DNA of 41,957 nucleotides, taken from NCBI GenBank assembly GCA_032718475.1, contig JAUCBJ010001216.1, forward strand, positions 1 to 41,957. The letters run 5' to 3'. Both the position numbers and the translations under genes were made by a program. The DNA is from Nemertoderma westbladi. Its lineage: Eukaryota; Animalia; Xenacoelomorpha. Of the stretch, positions 1 through 11,300 are shown piece after piece. The notes beneath the pieces are model-generated. The model was not told the DNA's origin. It saw only the letters and a list, made by a program, of their open reading frames with translations, and did not search any database. Position 1 is the stretch's first letter. Every line of letters starts with the position of its first letter.

Positions 1-1006
1 TAATATAATTATCACTTGATTGTACCGGTACGTAGAGTGGTGAGGGTAATATAATAATCACTTTATCATTGGTACGTAGAGTGGTGAGGGTAATATAATA
101 ATCACTTTATTGTACCGGTACGTAGAGAGGTGAGTGTAATATAATTATTACTTGATTGTACCGGTACGTAGAGTGGTGAGGGTAATATGATAATCACTTT
201 ATTGTACCGGTACGTAGAGTGGTGAGTGTAATATAATTATCACTTTATTGTACCGGTACGTAGAGTGGTGAGTGTAATATAATTATCACTTTATTGTACC
301 GGTACGTAGAGTGGTGAGTGTAATATAATTATCACTTGATTGTACCGGTACGTAGAGTGGTGAGGGTAATATAATTATCACTTTATTGTACCGGTACGTA
401 GAGTGGTGAGGGTAATATAATAATCACTTTATTGTACCGGTACGTAGAGTGGTGAGGGTAATATAATAATCACTTTATTGTACCGGTACGTAGAGTGGTG
501 AGTGTAATATAATTATCACTTGATTGTACCGGTACGTAGAGTGGTGAGGGTAATATAATTATCACTTTATTGTACCGGTACGTAGAGTGGTGAGGGTAAT
601 ATAATAATCACTTTATTGTACCGGTACGTAGAGTGGTGAGGGTAATATAATAATCACTTTATTGTACCGGTACGTAGAGTGGTGAGTGTAATATAATTAT
701 CACTTTATTGTACCGGTACGTAGAGTGGTGAGGGTAATATAATAATCACTTTATTGTACCGGTACGTAGAGTGGTGAGTGTAATATAATTATCACTTTAT
801 TGTACCGGTACGTAGAGTGGTGAGGGTAATATAATAATCACTTTATTGTACCGGTACGTAGAGTGGTGAGTGTCATATAATAATCACTTTATTGTACCGG
901 TACGTAGAGTGGTGAGTGTAATATAATTATCACTTTATTGTACCGGCACGTAGAGTGGTGAGGGTAATATAATAATCAGTTTATTGTACCGGTACGTAGA
1001 GTGGTG
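1..1006 (+). repeat. 44/46-bp tandem satellite, left segment (runs off the window start)
   Basis: Unit GTACGTAGAGTGGTGAG(T/G)GTAATATAATAATCACTTTAT followed by TGTACCG (46 bp) or CATTG (44 bp); head-to-tail with no spacers. Confidence 0.98.
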
Positions 1007-1550
1007 TGTGACGGGATCCGAGAGGATCCCGGTTTATCCGGTGTTGGTTACGTACGCGTCAGCCGCACCGTGTGATGGAAAAGGTGATAAGTTTGTTGTT
1101 CCAGTATTACTGATAAGGTATAATGTAGTTGATAGCATATACAGGTATAATAACAGATAACACGGTAATATACTATGGGTGACGGCGGTGACGGTCCTAA
1201 CTGTCACCGTACTACCTGACTGTACTGACAGACTGAGATAACTGAGTGAAAGCCGCATCGACCGGCAATATATATATCGCACAGTTGGCCATATTGCTAC
1301 TCTACCTAATCGATGCCTTTCCCCCCTCTGATTGGTTGATACCCTTGTTGGCGCCCTTTGGAGTGTTCCCGTTCACTCCTCCTGTTCTCTCTGGGTTAGG
1401 GGTTTGGCCCCTGACCCCTATTGTGTGTTTCTCTCCTTCCCACTCTATTGGGGTGACACGAGGTTGATATTGGTAATCAACCTCGTGCTCCCAATATTGC
1501 CTTATGGCTCACTCTATGGGTTTGTGTTAGCGGAATTGGATAAGCTAACA
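1007..1550 (-). repeat. 3' LTR (544 bp)
   Basis: TGTGACGGGA...AAGCTAACA; differs from 7816-8359 at only 3 positions that I could find, all transitions. Confidence 0.96.
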
Positions 1551-1560
1551 CTCCCCCCCA
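1551..1560 (-). other. Polypurine tract (plus-strand primer)
   Basis: Minus strand reads TGGGGGGGAG directly before the TG of the 3' LTR. Confidence 0.85.
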
Positions 1561-2530
1561 TGCTATCTTCCCGGTGAGAAGATAGCATCCAACTAAAGTG
1601 CGCTACAATTCCGCTGGATCCCGATCTAGCATCGGGTGTGGGGTGGGTATATTTTTTCGGAGTCGGCTTTCCAGGCCGCTCCCTATGGGTATGATGTCAT
1701 TACCCTCTGGCGTCTCGTGTCGGGCCGATCGTGCGCTTCTCGCACACAATTTTTGTTTCCCCAACACTCTCACCACTCTACTCCAACTCTCGCATACTCC
1801 CGGACCTCCTCGTCCCACACTCTTCCTCTCACTTCTCCTCCCCCACACTTGAATTGCGCCCACGCTCTCTTCGCACTCCGCACTATTACTCCATCTCTCC
1901 TTGACTACCTTATCCCTTCTGACGAATCTCACCCCCCCTCCGTGCCGTCGCACTCAGGAAATGTGAAATCGTCTGGCGTCTTGTCCCTAGTGCCATAGTC
2001 AGTTAGCCCCCCAGTCCCAGTAGCTAATTGAGAAAGGTTGTATGACTATAGTACTTACACCACTCTCTCCGCACTCCGCACTATCACCTCTCCACTCTCT
2101 TGTCACTCCCTAAGGCTTTAATCTCTAATGCTACCCCTGTGCTATCATACTATCTACCTACTGCTTACTAACTCTAACTATCTAACTAACTCTGCTAACT
2201 ACTAACTCTTACTACTTCTAGCTCTAACTGAGAGCCTCTAACTTTCTACTGACTCTAACTCTCTACTAAGTCTAACTAACTCCTACTAACTTTCTACTTC
2301 TACTAACTCTACTTGACTCCTCTGAGTCTACCAACTCTGCTAACTAGCTCTACTAACTCTACTCCACTAGCTCTGCTAACTCTACTCCACTAGCTCTGCT
2401 AACTCTACTAACTAGCTCTACTAACTCTACTCCACTCTTCTAACTACGTGGCGCTTGCGGTGCCCACAACCCCTTTACTACTACTTCCTTCTACGTGGCG
2501 CTTGTGGTGCCCACAACCACTCTACTATCT

Positions 2531-2860
2531 GGCACCCTTTGTGCCCTTCTACTACTCAACTACCTCTCTAACACTCTAACCCTACTACTTGGCACCCTAT
2601 GTGCCCTCTCTACTACTCCACTCTCTGGCACCCTATGTGCCCTCTCTACTACCTCTAACACTCTAACTCTACTACCTGGCACCCTATGTGCCCTCTCTAC
2701 TACTCCACTCTCTGGCACCCTATGTGCCCTCTCTACTACCTCTAACACTCTAACTCTACTACCTGGCACCCTATGTGCCCTCTCTACTACTCTACTCTAT
2801 CTCTAACTTTACTACCTGGCACCCTATGTGCCCTCTCTGCTACTCTACTCTATCTCTAAC
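2531..2860. repeat. Internal tandem repeat (about 36+51 = 87-bp period) with a GGCAC-CCTAT-GTGCC mini-hairpin in each subunit
   Basis: Repeated GGCACCCTATGTGCCCTCTCTACTAC; the 29-aa periodicity is visible in ORF 2495-2806. Confidence 0.85.
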
Positions 2861-3460
2861 TTAGTTCCTTTACATCCACTCGCCTGCACGTGACGCTCTG
2901 AATGCCGGCAGAGTGGGTACGTTAATTATGTGAACTACTACTAACTCTTACTAACTCTACTAACTCTCTACTAACTCTACTAACTCCACTAACTATCTAC
3001 TAACTCAACTAACTCTACTACTAACTCAACTAACTCTACTACTAACTCTTTTTGTGCCCGGCACCCCTTGTGCCCGGCACCCACCCTAATTAACATACCC
3101 TGCTCTTACATCAAACACGTCATCACGCCCGTGCCCCACTAAGTTCAGCGCATTCCCTACTAACTCTAACTACGTGGCGCTTACGGTGCCCACAACCTCT
3201 ACTGCTACTTCCATCTACGTGGCGCTTATGGTGCCCACAATTTCAATTTATTTATTTATTTCTCTTCCGTCTATATATATGATTGCACTCATAGTAGAAT
3301 ATTGAATATAAGGTAGAATATTGAATATATATGTGCATACTTTTAGAACTGTAGAGCACAATAATGATTATAAGGGTGTTATGTACACTGGGGGGGAGCA
3401 GTAGCAGTGCTAGTACGTCCCAGGGAGTAGTACAACCCTCTACTGCTCTACTAACACTCC

Positions 3461-3900
3461 TAACTAGCGGTACTACGTACCCTCCTACTACTCTAGCTCT
3501 CTCTACTAGCTAGCGGTACTACGTACCCTCTAACTCTCTAACTAACTAGCGGTACTACGTACCCTCTAACTCTCTAACTAACTAGCGGTACTACGTACCC
3601 TCTAACTCTCCAACTGACTAACGGTACTTACGTACCCTCTAACTCTCTAACCAACTAGCGGTACTACGTACCCTCTAACTCTCTAACTAACTAGCGGTAC
3701 TTACGTACCCTCTAGCTCTCTAACTGACTAACGGTACTTACGTACCCTCTAACTCTCTAACTAACTAGCGGTACTACGTACCCTCTAACTCTAACTAACT
3801 AGCGGTACTTATGTACCCTCTAACTCTCTAACTAACTAGCGGTACTTACGTACCCTCTAACCCTCTAACTAACTATCGGTACTACGTACCACCCTTTAAC
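3461..3900. repeat. Internal ~35-bp tandem repeat, about 12 copies
   Basis: Unit CTAACTAACTAGCGGTACT(T)ACGTACCCTCTAACTCT. Confidence 0.9.
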
Positions 3901-3963
3901 TAACTAATTCTTACTACCTAACTTCTACCTACTCTATTATTTAATTATTTTCATTAATTTTAA

Positions 3964-6900
3964 TTAAACAATTATTTTATATTTTATGCGTGGGAAGGAC
4001 GTCTCGCCCTCATTCCCACCCCCCTCAGTCCAAAACTTTGGACGACTAAAAACTCTCACGTGCCCCTTCTTCCAGTAGGCACTCTCCTGCTGCCCTCCTA
4101 TACGTCCTCTAACTCTTCGCCACACTCTCTTCGGTGCCACCTTTGCTGGCCTCCCCCTTCGTATGTGCGCTGGCATTAAAGCCCTCGACGACCCCCGCTC
4201 ATCCCTCAGTATACGCGGTGTCTGCCCATGTAATGCCCCCTCGCACTGTGTCAGTCCTGCGTGTGTATGCAACACGCCTCCTTCTACTTTCCCGACTCCT
4301 TTATGTTTGCTCATGGGCTGGCTTCTCTGCCCCTGGTCTAGTCCTTTCACATCCTCTCCCTTTCCAACACTCTCCGGATCTGTGTCCTTTTACCACACAT
4401 CGATGACATAGTCCGTTTGCGTCTGTGTAGGCTACACGATCTCGTTTGGGCAACGCTTGCCAGTACTTGCAACTCCTGGTCTTATGGGTTCCGTCCCAAT
4501 GTAATTGACATTGGAATCCTGGATTATAGCGTTTCCTGTATAGTCCTTCACGTATCGCGCTTAGGTTTATATGTACCGATTTAATGTTTCGATTGTCTAG
4601 ACTCGGCCTACTGGGTATATTGGGATTGTGTTTATTTATGGTGTTATTTTCTTTCTGTCCCTGCCACGGTGTGGCTCTGCTACCAGCTAACTGTGGACTA
4701 GCAGTCCCCTGTATGGCCGCGTGTGGTAGCGACTGTCCGCACGACCTATTCTCGTCCAAGGGGTTCGATGTTCTTGCTCCTATCGGGGTATATTGTCGAT
4801 ATTGTGATGGGGGAATGTCACCTTGTCCCCCCCCCCCCGGCCGGTATGTTTGGTACTGGGGTTGATGTTAATACATTGGGGCCCATACGTCTCCAATAAC
4901 TCCCCCCTCCCCTGGATATATGTTATGTCCCTGTGTATTATAGTCATGCTGCTGTACCGATATAGGCCTACCTACCTCTCGCCTACCTACCGGTATGTAC
5001 TCCGCGACTTCCGGGTTTAATCCCGTCGTTCGCGCTACCCTATCGCCTACTCTATCTCTCCCAGCATGGCCTATAATAGTATGTGCAGTAAGGCCTACAG
5101 TATGTCCTGCAGTCTGCATGTGCCCTTCCGAACCGAAGTTTATTCTTCGCGAATCTCGAATCTCCCCGCAACTACCGTACTCTCGATCGGCAGCTATATC
5201 ACGTCGGGAAGCTTCTCTTCGATCCCCTCTCCTGTTCTCGACTTGATATCGGTACGTCCTGTACCCCTCTCTTGGCGTGCGGTGCGTTTCTCCGGGGCGA
5301 CGGCAATCTCCCGAAGTTCGACCCCACTGACTCCCCAACTCCATCTCTACTATCGACGGTCCGTTATCCGTCCTCGCACTGCTATCGTTCGTGGCGACAC
5401 TTCTTCTACTATCTTCTTTTCTTCTCTTTTCAGTGCAGTATTCCGGCCCGTGAGGTCTCTCGTCGACCCCCCGGTTAAACTCCACTGTTCTTCTTCCCTC
5501 TTCTGATCGGGCTCGACGCTTCGTCTGCCCTCTCGCGACGTCAACCTGCCTCTCTCTGCTCGATCGCACGCCGCTGGGGATACTCGCAATCCCCCTATTA
5601 CTCTCCGTCGCCGGGTGTTGCGGATAACCTAATTCGGCCCGCGCATTATCCGCCGACGCCTGTGGGACACTCTCTGCCCCCCCTCTCTCTCTCTACTAAT
5701 CTCTCGCGGTGGGGTGCCTGTAGCCCCCCCCCCCCCCACCCGCCACTTCTAACTTCACTATCTCTTACTACACTTCTGCGTCCCTCTTGTCGGACATTCT
5801 CTACCCCCCTTCTCTCGCCACTAATCTTTCGTGGTGGGGCTCCTGTAGCCCCCCCCCCACCCGCTACTTCTAACTTCACTACCTCCTACTACACCTCTAC
5901 ACCCCCCTTGTGGGGCATTCTCTGCCCCCCCTCTCTCGCCACTAGTCTTACGTGGTGGGGCGCCCGTAGCCCCCCCCCCCCCCCACCCGCCACATCTAAC
6001 TTCAATATCTCTTACTTCGTCTCTACACCCCTCTCTAGTCGACGCACTGTCTTTACTACGGCTGGGTCTATTCACCCCCGCCTCTCTCTCTACTACTGCG
6101 TGGCCTATCAGGCCCACCTCGGGTTGGCTCAACCCCGCTACCTCCTGCCTACCAACTACGTGGCCTACCAGGCCGCCGTCGGGTTGGCTCAGCCCCGCCA
6201 CCTCCTGTCTACTAACTGCGTGGCCTACCAGGCCGCCGTCTGCTGGGCTATACACGTCTGACACGCTCATATTAATAGCACCATTCCCAATATTATTTGT
6301 TAAATCAATTAAATTATTATTTTCAAAATTTAAATTATCATTCGAATTATTTGAATTATTCTGAGTATTTGAATTAATGTTATTATTTGAGTTTAAATTT
6401 AAATTACTACTACCAGGTAAAATATTATTTCCTGTAATAAAGGGATTAGGGTTATCTACTACGGTACTATTAATATTAACTACTTCTAACGTACTACTAT
6501 TACCCCCCCCCCCCCCCCCCCGCCCGTACGGCTACACCAGTTCTGGTTCTCTCGCCCGGTGCCTGTAAGTGGGGTCTCACTCTCTGACATTTCCAACCGC
6601 GCCAGTTCTAGTCGGCGCTGGTCTAGTTTGGCTTGATATTGCGCAAGCCTCCCTAGCTGAGCACGCAAATCTTCCCGCTCACGCTCTACCTCTATCTCAC
6701 GCTCCCGGTTACCCTGCTCGAACAACTCAACTCTCGCAATTATCTCAAGCCACGGCGCCGGCTCGTCCCCTACTCTCATCTCCCGCTCTATACACTCCTC
6801 GACTCTCTTTCTATACTCCCTCGCCAACTCTCCTAACTTCTCTAAGTATGCGGTTTTACCCCTCAATTGTCTCTCTAACCCATTCTGCTTATTCGCCGCC

Positions 6901-7766
6901 ATTTCTAATATATACGTCAGATTTATCTCCCGCACCCTTCTTTCTTTTGCGGAGGATGTAGCAGACTTATCGGTTGCGACGGATTCCCGCCGCCCCTCCG
7001 TCCTATTAACTTTCCCCCGCCTCCCGGAACTTCCTCCGACCGACGAGACCGAATCCTCGGAGTTAACCTCGGATTCGCCCTCCTCAGGTCTCTTCCAACC
7101 CACTAATTTTACTCCCCGGGCATCGACTAAGTATGGCCCTACGTACACTACGCTAGATTCCATACCCCTACACTCCCATAGTTCAATCAGTTCGTTGGCA
7201 ACCCCCCTCGCTCTCTCCTCGGCTAGTTCTCTCTGCCCAGAACACACTAGGTAATCAAAGTATCTGTTCGACTCACCTAGTCGTCTCCTCAGTCTCACCT
7301 CGTCTATCTTCGCCCCTCCTTTGGCCTCTCTCAGTCGCTCCCTGGTCGCGAGGTAGGCTCGTCGAAGTCGATCAGAAACCCCGACGTCCTCGTCGCCGAC
7401 CTCTCTTCCGTCTCTCCGGGTCCGACGTCGTACCGACGGCCCCACTGTCGCCGTTCCGGTGGACCGTTCGTCGTCCTCGGCCTGTGGCTGGCCGGCGACA
7501 TCGGTACGTCGACCCTCGCTCTGCGTCGACTCGTCTTTCTCCCTTTCGACTCCCGACTCGTCTCTTCCTTCTCGTTGTAGACGACCCCCCACATCTTGGT
7601 TCGCTGGGTCGCTCGTTATCGACGTGGCGTCAACGTACGTCGACGTGGTCGGTGTAGCATCGACCGGCGTTGTGGGTTCGTATCGTCTCGCCGTGGCCTC
7701 GCGGATCGTTAGATCGTCGTCCGGGGTCCGCGGCGGTGTCGTTCCTTTCTCTCGACTCATCTCCAT
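3964..7766 (-). pseudogene. Decayed gag-like polyprotein of the LTR element (coiled-coil N-terminus, zinc knuckles near the C-terminus)
   Basis: ORF 6486-7766 (426 aa, coiled-coil-like) shifts at a poly-G run into a frame continuous with ORF 5821-6270. ORFs 4868-5569 and 4301-4759 are in the same frame, separated by one TAA. The latter contains CQLHWDGTHKTRSC...R...LCHRCVVKGHRSGEC (CX2CX4HX4C), a BEL/Pao-like knuckle arrangement. Confidence 0.7.
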
Positions 7767-7806
7767 CTTTGGTCTGTGTCTGGCAGTTACAGTTCGGCAG
7801 GCCTAG

Positions 7807-7815
7807 AGTTAGGAC
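7807..7815 (-). other. Atypical primer-binding site (GTCCTAACT), complementary to LTR sequence 8003-8011
   Basis: Abuts the 5' LTR, lacks the TGG of a tRNA-3'-end PBS, and has a perfect 9-nt complement within the LTR. Confidence 0.55.
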
Positions 7816-8359
7816 TGTGACGGGATCCGAGAGGATCCCGGTTTATCCGGTGTTGGTTACGTACGCGTCAGCCGCACCGTGTGATGGAAAAGGTGATAAG
7901 TTTGTTGTTCCAGTATTACTGATAAGGTATAATATAGTTGATAGCATATACAGGTATAATAACAGATAACACGGTAATATACTATGGGTGACGGCGGTGA
8001 CGGTCCTAACTGTCACCGTACTACCTGACTGTACTGACAGACTGAGATAACTGAGTGAAAGCCGCATCGACCGGTAATATATATATCGCACAGTTGGCCA
8101 TATTGCTACTCTACCTAATCGATGCCTTTCCCCCCTCTGATTGGTTGATACCCTTGTTGGCGCCCTTCGGAGTGTTCCCGTTCACTCCTCCTGTTCTCTC
8201 TGGGTTAGGGGTTTGGCCCCTGACCCCTATTGTGTGTTTCTCTCCTTCCCACTCTATTGGGGTGACACGAGGTTGATATTGGTAATCAACCTCGTGCTCC
8301 CAATATTGCCTTATGGCTCACTCTATGGGTTTGTGTTAGCGGAATTGGATAAGCTAACA
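7816..8359 (-). repeat. 5' LTR (544 bp)
   Basis: Direct repeat of 1007-1550. Confidence 0.96.
8050..8086 (-). promoter_or_regulatory. Putative LTR core promoter (TATA box and TCAGT initiator)
   Basis: Minus strand TATATATA at about 8078-8085, followed ~33 nt later by a TCAGT Inr-like motif at 8050-8054. Confidence 0.45.
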
Positions 8360-11300
8360 TGGTGAGTGTAATATAATTATCACTTGATTGTACCGGTACG
8401 TAGAGTGGTGAGGGTAATATAATAATCACTTTATTGTACTGGTATGTAGAGTGGTGAGGGTAATATAATAATCACTTTATCATTGGTACGTAGAGTGGTG
8501 AGGGTAATATAATAATCACTTTATTGTACCGGTACGTAGAGTGGTGAGTGTAATATAATAATCACTTTATTGTACCGGTACGTAGAGTGGTGAGGGTAAT
8601 ATAATAATCACTTTATCATTGGTACGTAGAGTGTTGAGTGTAATATAATAATAACTTTATCATTGGTACGTAGAGTGGTGAGGGTAATATAATAATCACT
8701 TTATCATTGGTACGTAGAGTGGTGAGGGTAATATAATAATCACTTTATTGTATCGGTACGTAGAGAGGTGAGTGTAATATAATAATAACTTTATCATTGG
8801 TACGTAGAGTGGTGAGGGTAATATAATAATCACTTTATCATTGCTACGTAGAGTGGTGAGGGTAATATAATAATCACGTTATTGTATCGGTACGTAGAGT
8901 GGTGAGGGTAATATAATAATCACTTTATTGTACCGGTACGTAGAGTGGTGAGTGTAATATAATAATCACTTTATTGTACCGGCACGTAGAGTGGTGAGGG
9001 TAATATAATAATCAGTTTATTGTACCGGTACGTAGAGTGATGAGTGTAATATAATTATCACTTGATTGTACCGGTACGTAGAGTGGTGAGTGTAATATAA
9101 TAATCACTTTATTGTACCGGTACGTAGAGTGGTGAGTGTAATATAATTATCACTTTATTGTACCGGCACGTAGAGTGGTGAGGGTAATATAATAATCAGT
9201 TTATTGTACCGGTACGTAGAGTGGTGAGTGTAATATAATTATCACTTGATTGTACCGGTACGTAGAGTGGTGAGTGTAATATAATTATCACTTTATTGTA
9301 CCGGTACGTAGAGTGGTGAGGGTAATATAATAATCACTTTATTGTACCGGTACGTAGAGTGGTGAGGGTAATATAATAATCACTTTATTGTACCGGTACG
9401 TAGAGTGGTGAGGGTAATATAATAATCACTTTATCATTGGTACGTAGAGTGGTGAGGGTAATATAATAATCACTTTATTGTACCGGTACGTAGAGTGGTG
9501 AGTGTAATATAATAATCACTTTATTGTACCGGTACGTAGAGTGGTGAGGGTAATATAATAATCACTTTATCATTGGTACGTAGAGAGGTGAGTGTAATAT
9601 AATAATCACTTTATTGTACCGGTACGTAGAGTGGTGAGGGTAATATAATAATCACTTTATCATTGGTACGTAGAGTGGTGAGGGTAATATAATAATCACT
9701 TTATCATTGGTACGTAGAGTGGTGAGGGTAATATAATAATCACTTTATTGTACCGGTACGTAGAGTGGTGAGGGTAATATAATAATCACTTTATTGTACC
9801 GGTACGTAGAGTGGTGAGTGTAATATAATAATCACTTTATTGTACCGGTACGTAGAGTGGTGAGTGTAATATAATAATCACTTTATTGTACCGGTACGTA
9901 GAGTGGTGAGTGTAATATAATTATCACTTGATTGTACCGGTACGTAGAGTGGTGAGTGTAATATAATTATCACTTTATTGTACCGGCACGTAGAGTGGTG
10001 AGGGTAATATAATAATCAGTTTATTGTACCGGTACGTAGAGTGGTGAGTGTAATATAATAATCACTTTATTGTACCGGTACGTAGAGTGGTGAGTGTAAT
10101 ATAATAATCACTTTATTGTACCGGTACGTAGAGTGGTGAGTGTAATATAATTATCACTTGATTGTACCGGTACGTAGAGTGGTGAGTGTAATATAATTAT
10201 CACTTTATTGTACCGGCACGTAGAGTGGTGAGGGTAATATAATAATCAGTTTATTGTACCGGTACGTAGAGTGGTGAGTGTAATATAATAATCACTTTAT
10301 TGTACCGGTACGTAGAGTGGTGAGGGTAATATAATAATCACTTTATTGTACCGGTACGTAGAGTGGTGAGTGTAATATAATAATCACTTTATTGTACCGG
10401 TACGTAGAGTGGTGAGTGTAATATAATAATCACTTTATTGTACCGGTACGTAGAGTGGTGAGTGTAATATAATTATCACTTGATTGTACCGGTACGTAGA
10501 GTGGTGAGTGTAATATAATTATCACTTGATTGTACCGGTACGTAGAGTGGTGAGGGTAATATGATAATCACTTTATTGTACCGGTACGTAGAGTGGTGAG
10601 GGTAATATAATAATCACTTTATCATTGGTACGTAGAGTGGTGAGTGTAATATAATAATCACTTGATTGTACCGGTACGTAGAGTGGTGAGGGTAATATGA
10701 TAATCACTTTATTGTACCGGTACGTAGAGTGGTGAGGGTAATATAATAATCACTTTATCATTGGTACGTAGAGTGGTGAGTGTAATATAATAATCACTTT
10801 ATCATTGGTACGTAGAGTGGTGAGTGTAATATAATAATCACTTTATCATTGGTACGTAGAGTGGTGAGGGTAATATAATAATCACTTTATTGTACCGGCA
10901 CGTAGAGTGGTGAGGGTAATATAATAATCACTTTATCATTGGTACGTAGAGTGGTGAGGGTAATATAATAATCACTTTATTGTACCGGCACGTAGAGTGG
11001 TGAGGGTAATATAATAATCAGTTTATTGTACCGGTACGTAGAATGGTGAGTGTAATATAATTATCACTTGATTGTACCGGTACGTAGAGTGGTGAGTGTA
11101 ATATAATAATCACTTTATTGTACCGGTACGTAGAGTGGTGAGTGTAATATAATTATCACTTTATTGTACCGGCACGTAGAGTGGTGAGGGTAATATAATA
11201 ATCAGTTTATTGTACCGGTACGTAGAGTGGTGAGTGTAATATAATTATCACTTGATTGTACCGGTACGTAGAGTGGTGAGGGTAATATAATAATCACTTT

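Larger units (their letters stand above)
1007..8359 (-). mobile_element. LTR retrotransposon, non-autonomous (decayed gag-like frame, no pol detected), 7353 bp
   Basis: Two 544-bp direct repeats with TGT...ACA ends; 5-bp TSD TGGTG at 1002-1006 and 8360-8364; polypurine tract next to the left LTR on the minus strand; zinc-knuckle ORF remnants on the minus strand. Confidence 0.95.

Noticed and set aside
1034-1577. Short ORFs in the LTR (also at 7843-8365)
   Set aside because: No recognisable motifs; they are duplicated only because the LTR is duplicated.
1598-2000. Chromodomain or integrase tail before the PPT
   Set aside because: The minus-strand frames I translated show no chromodomain or GPY/F pattern and contain stops.
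2495-2806. Repetitive 103-aa ORF
   Set aside because: By-product of an 87-bp tandem repeat.
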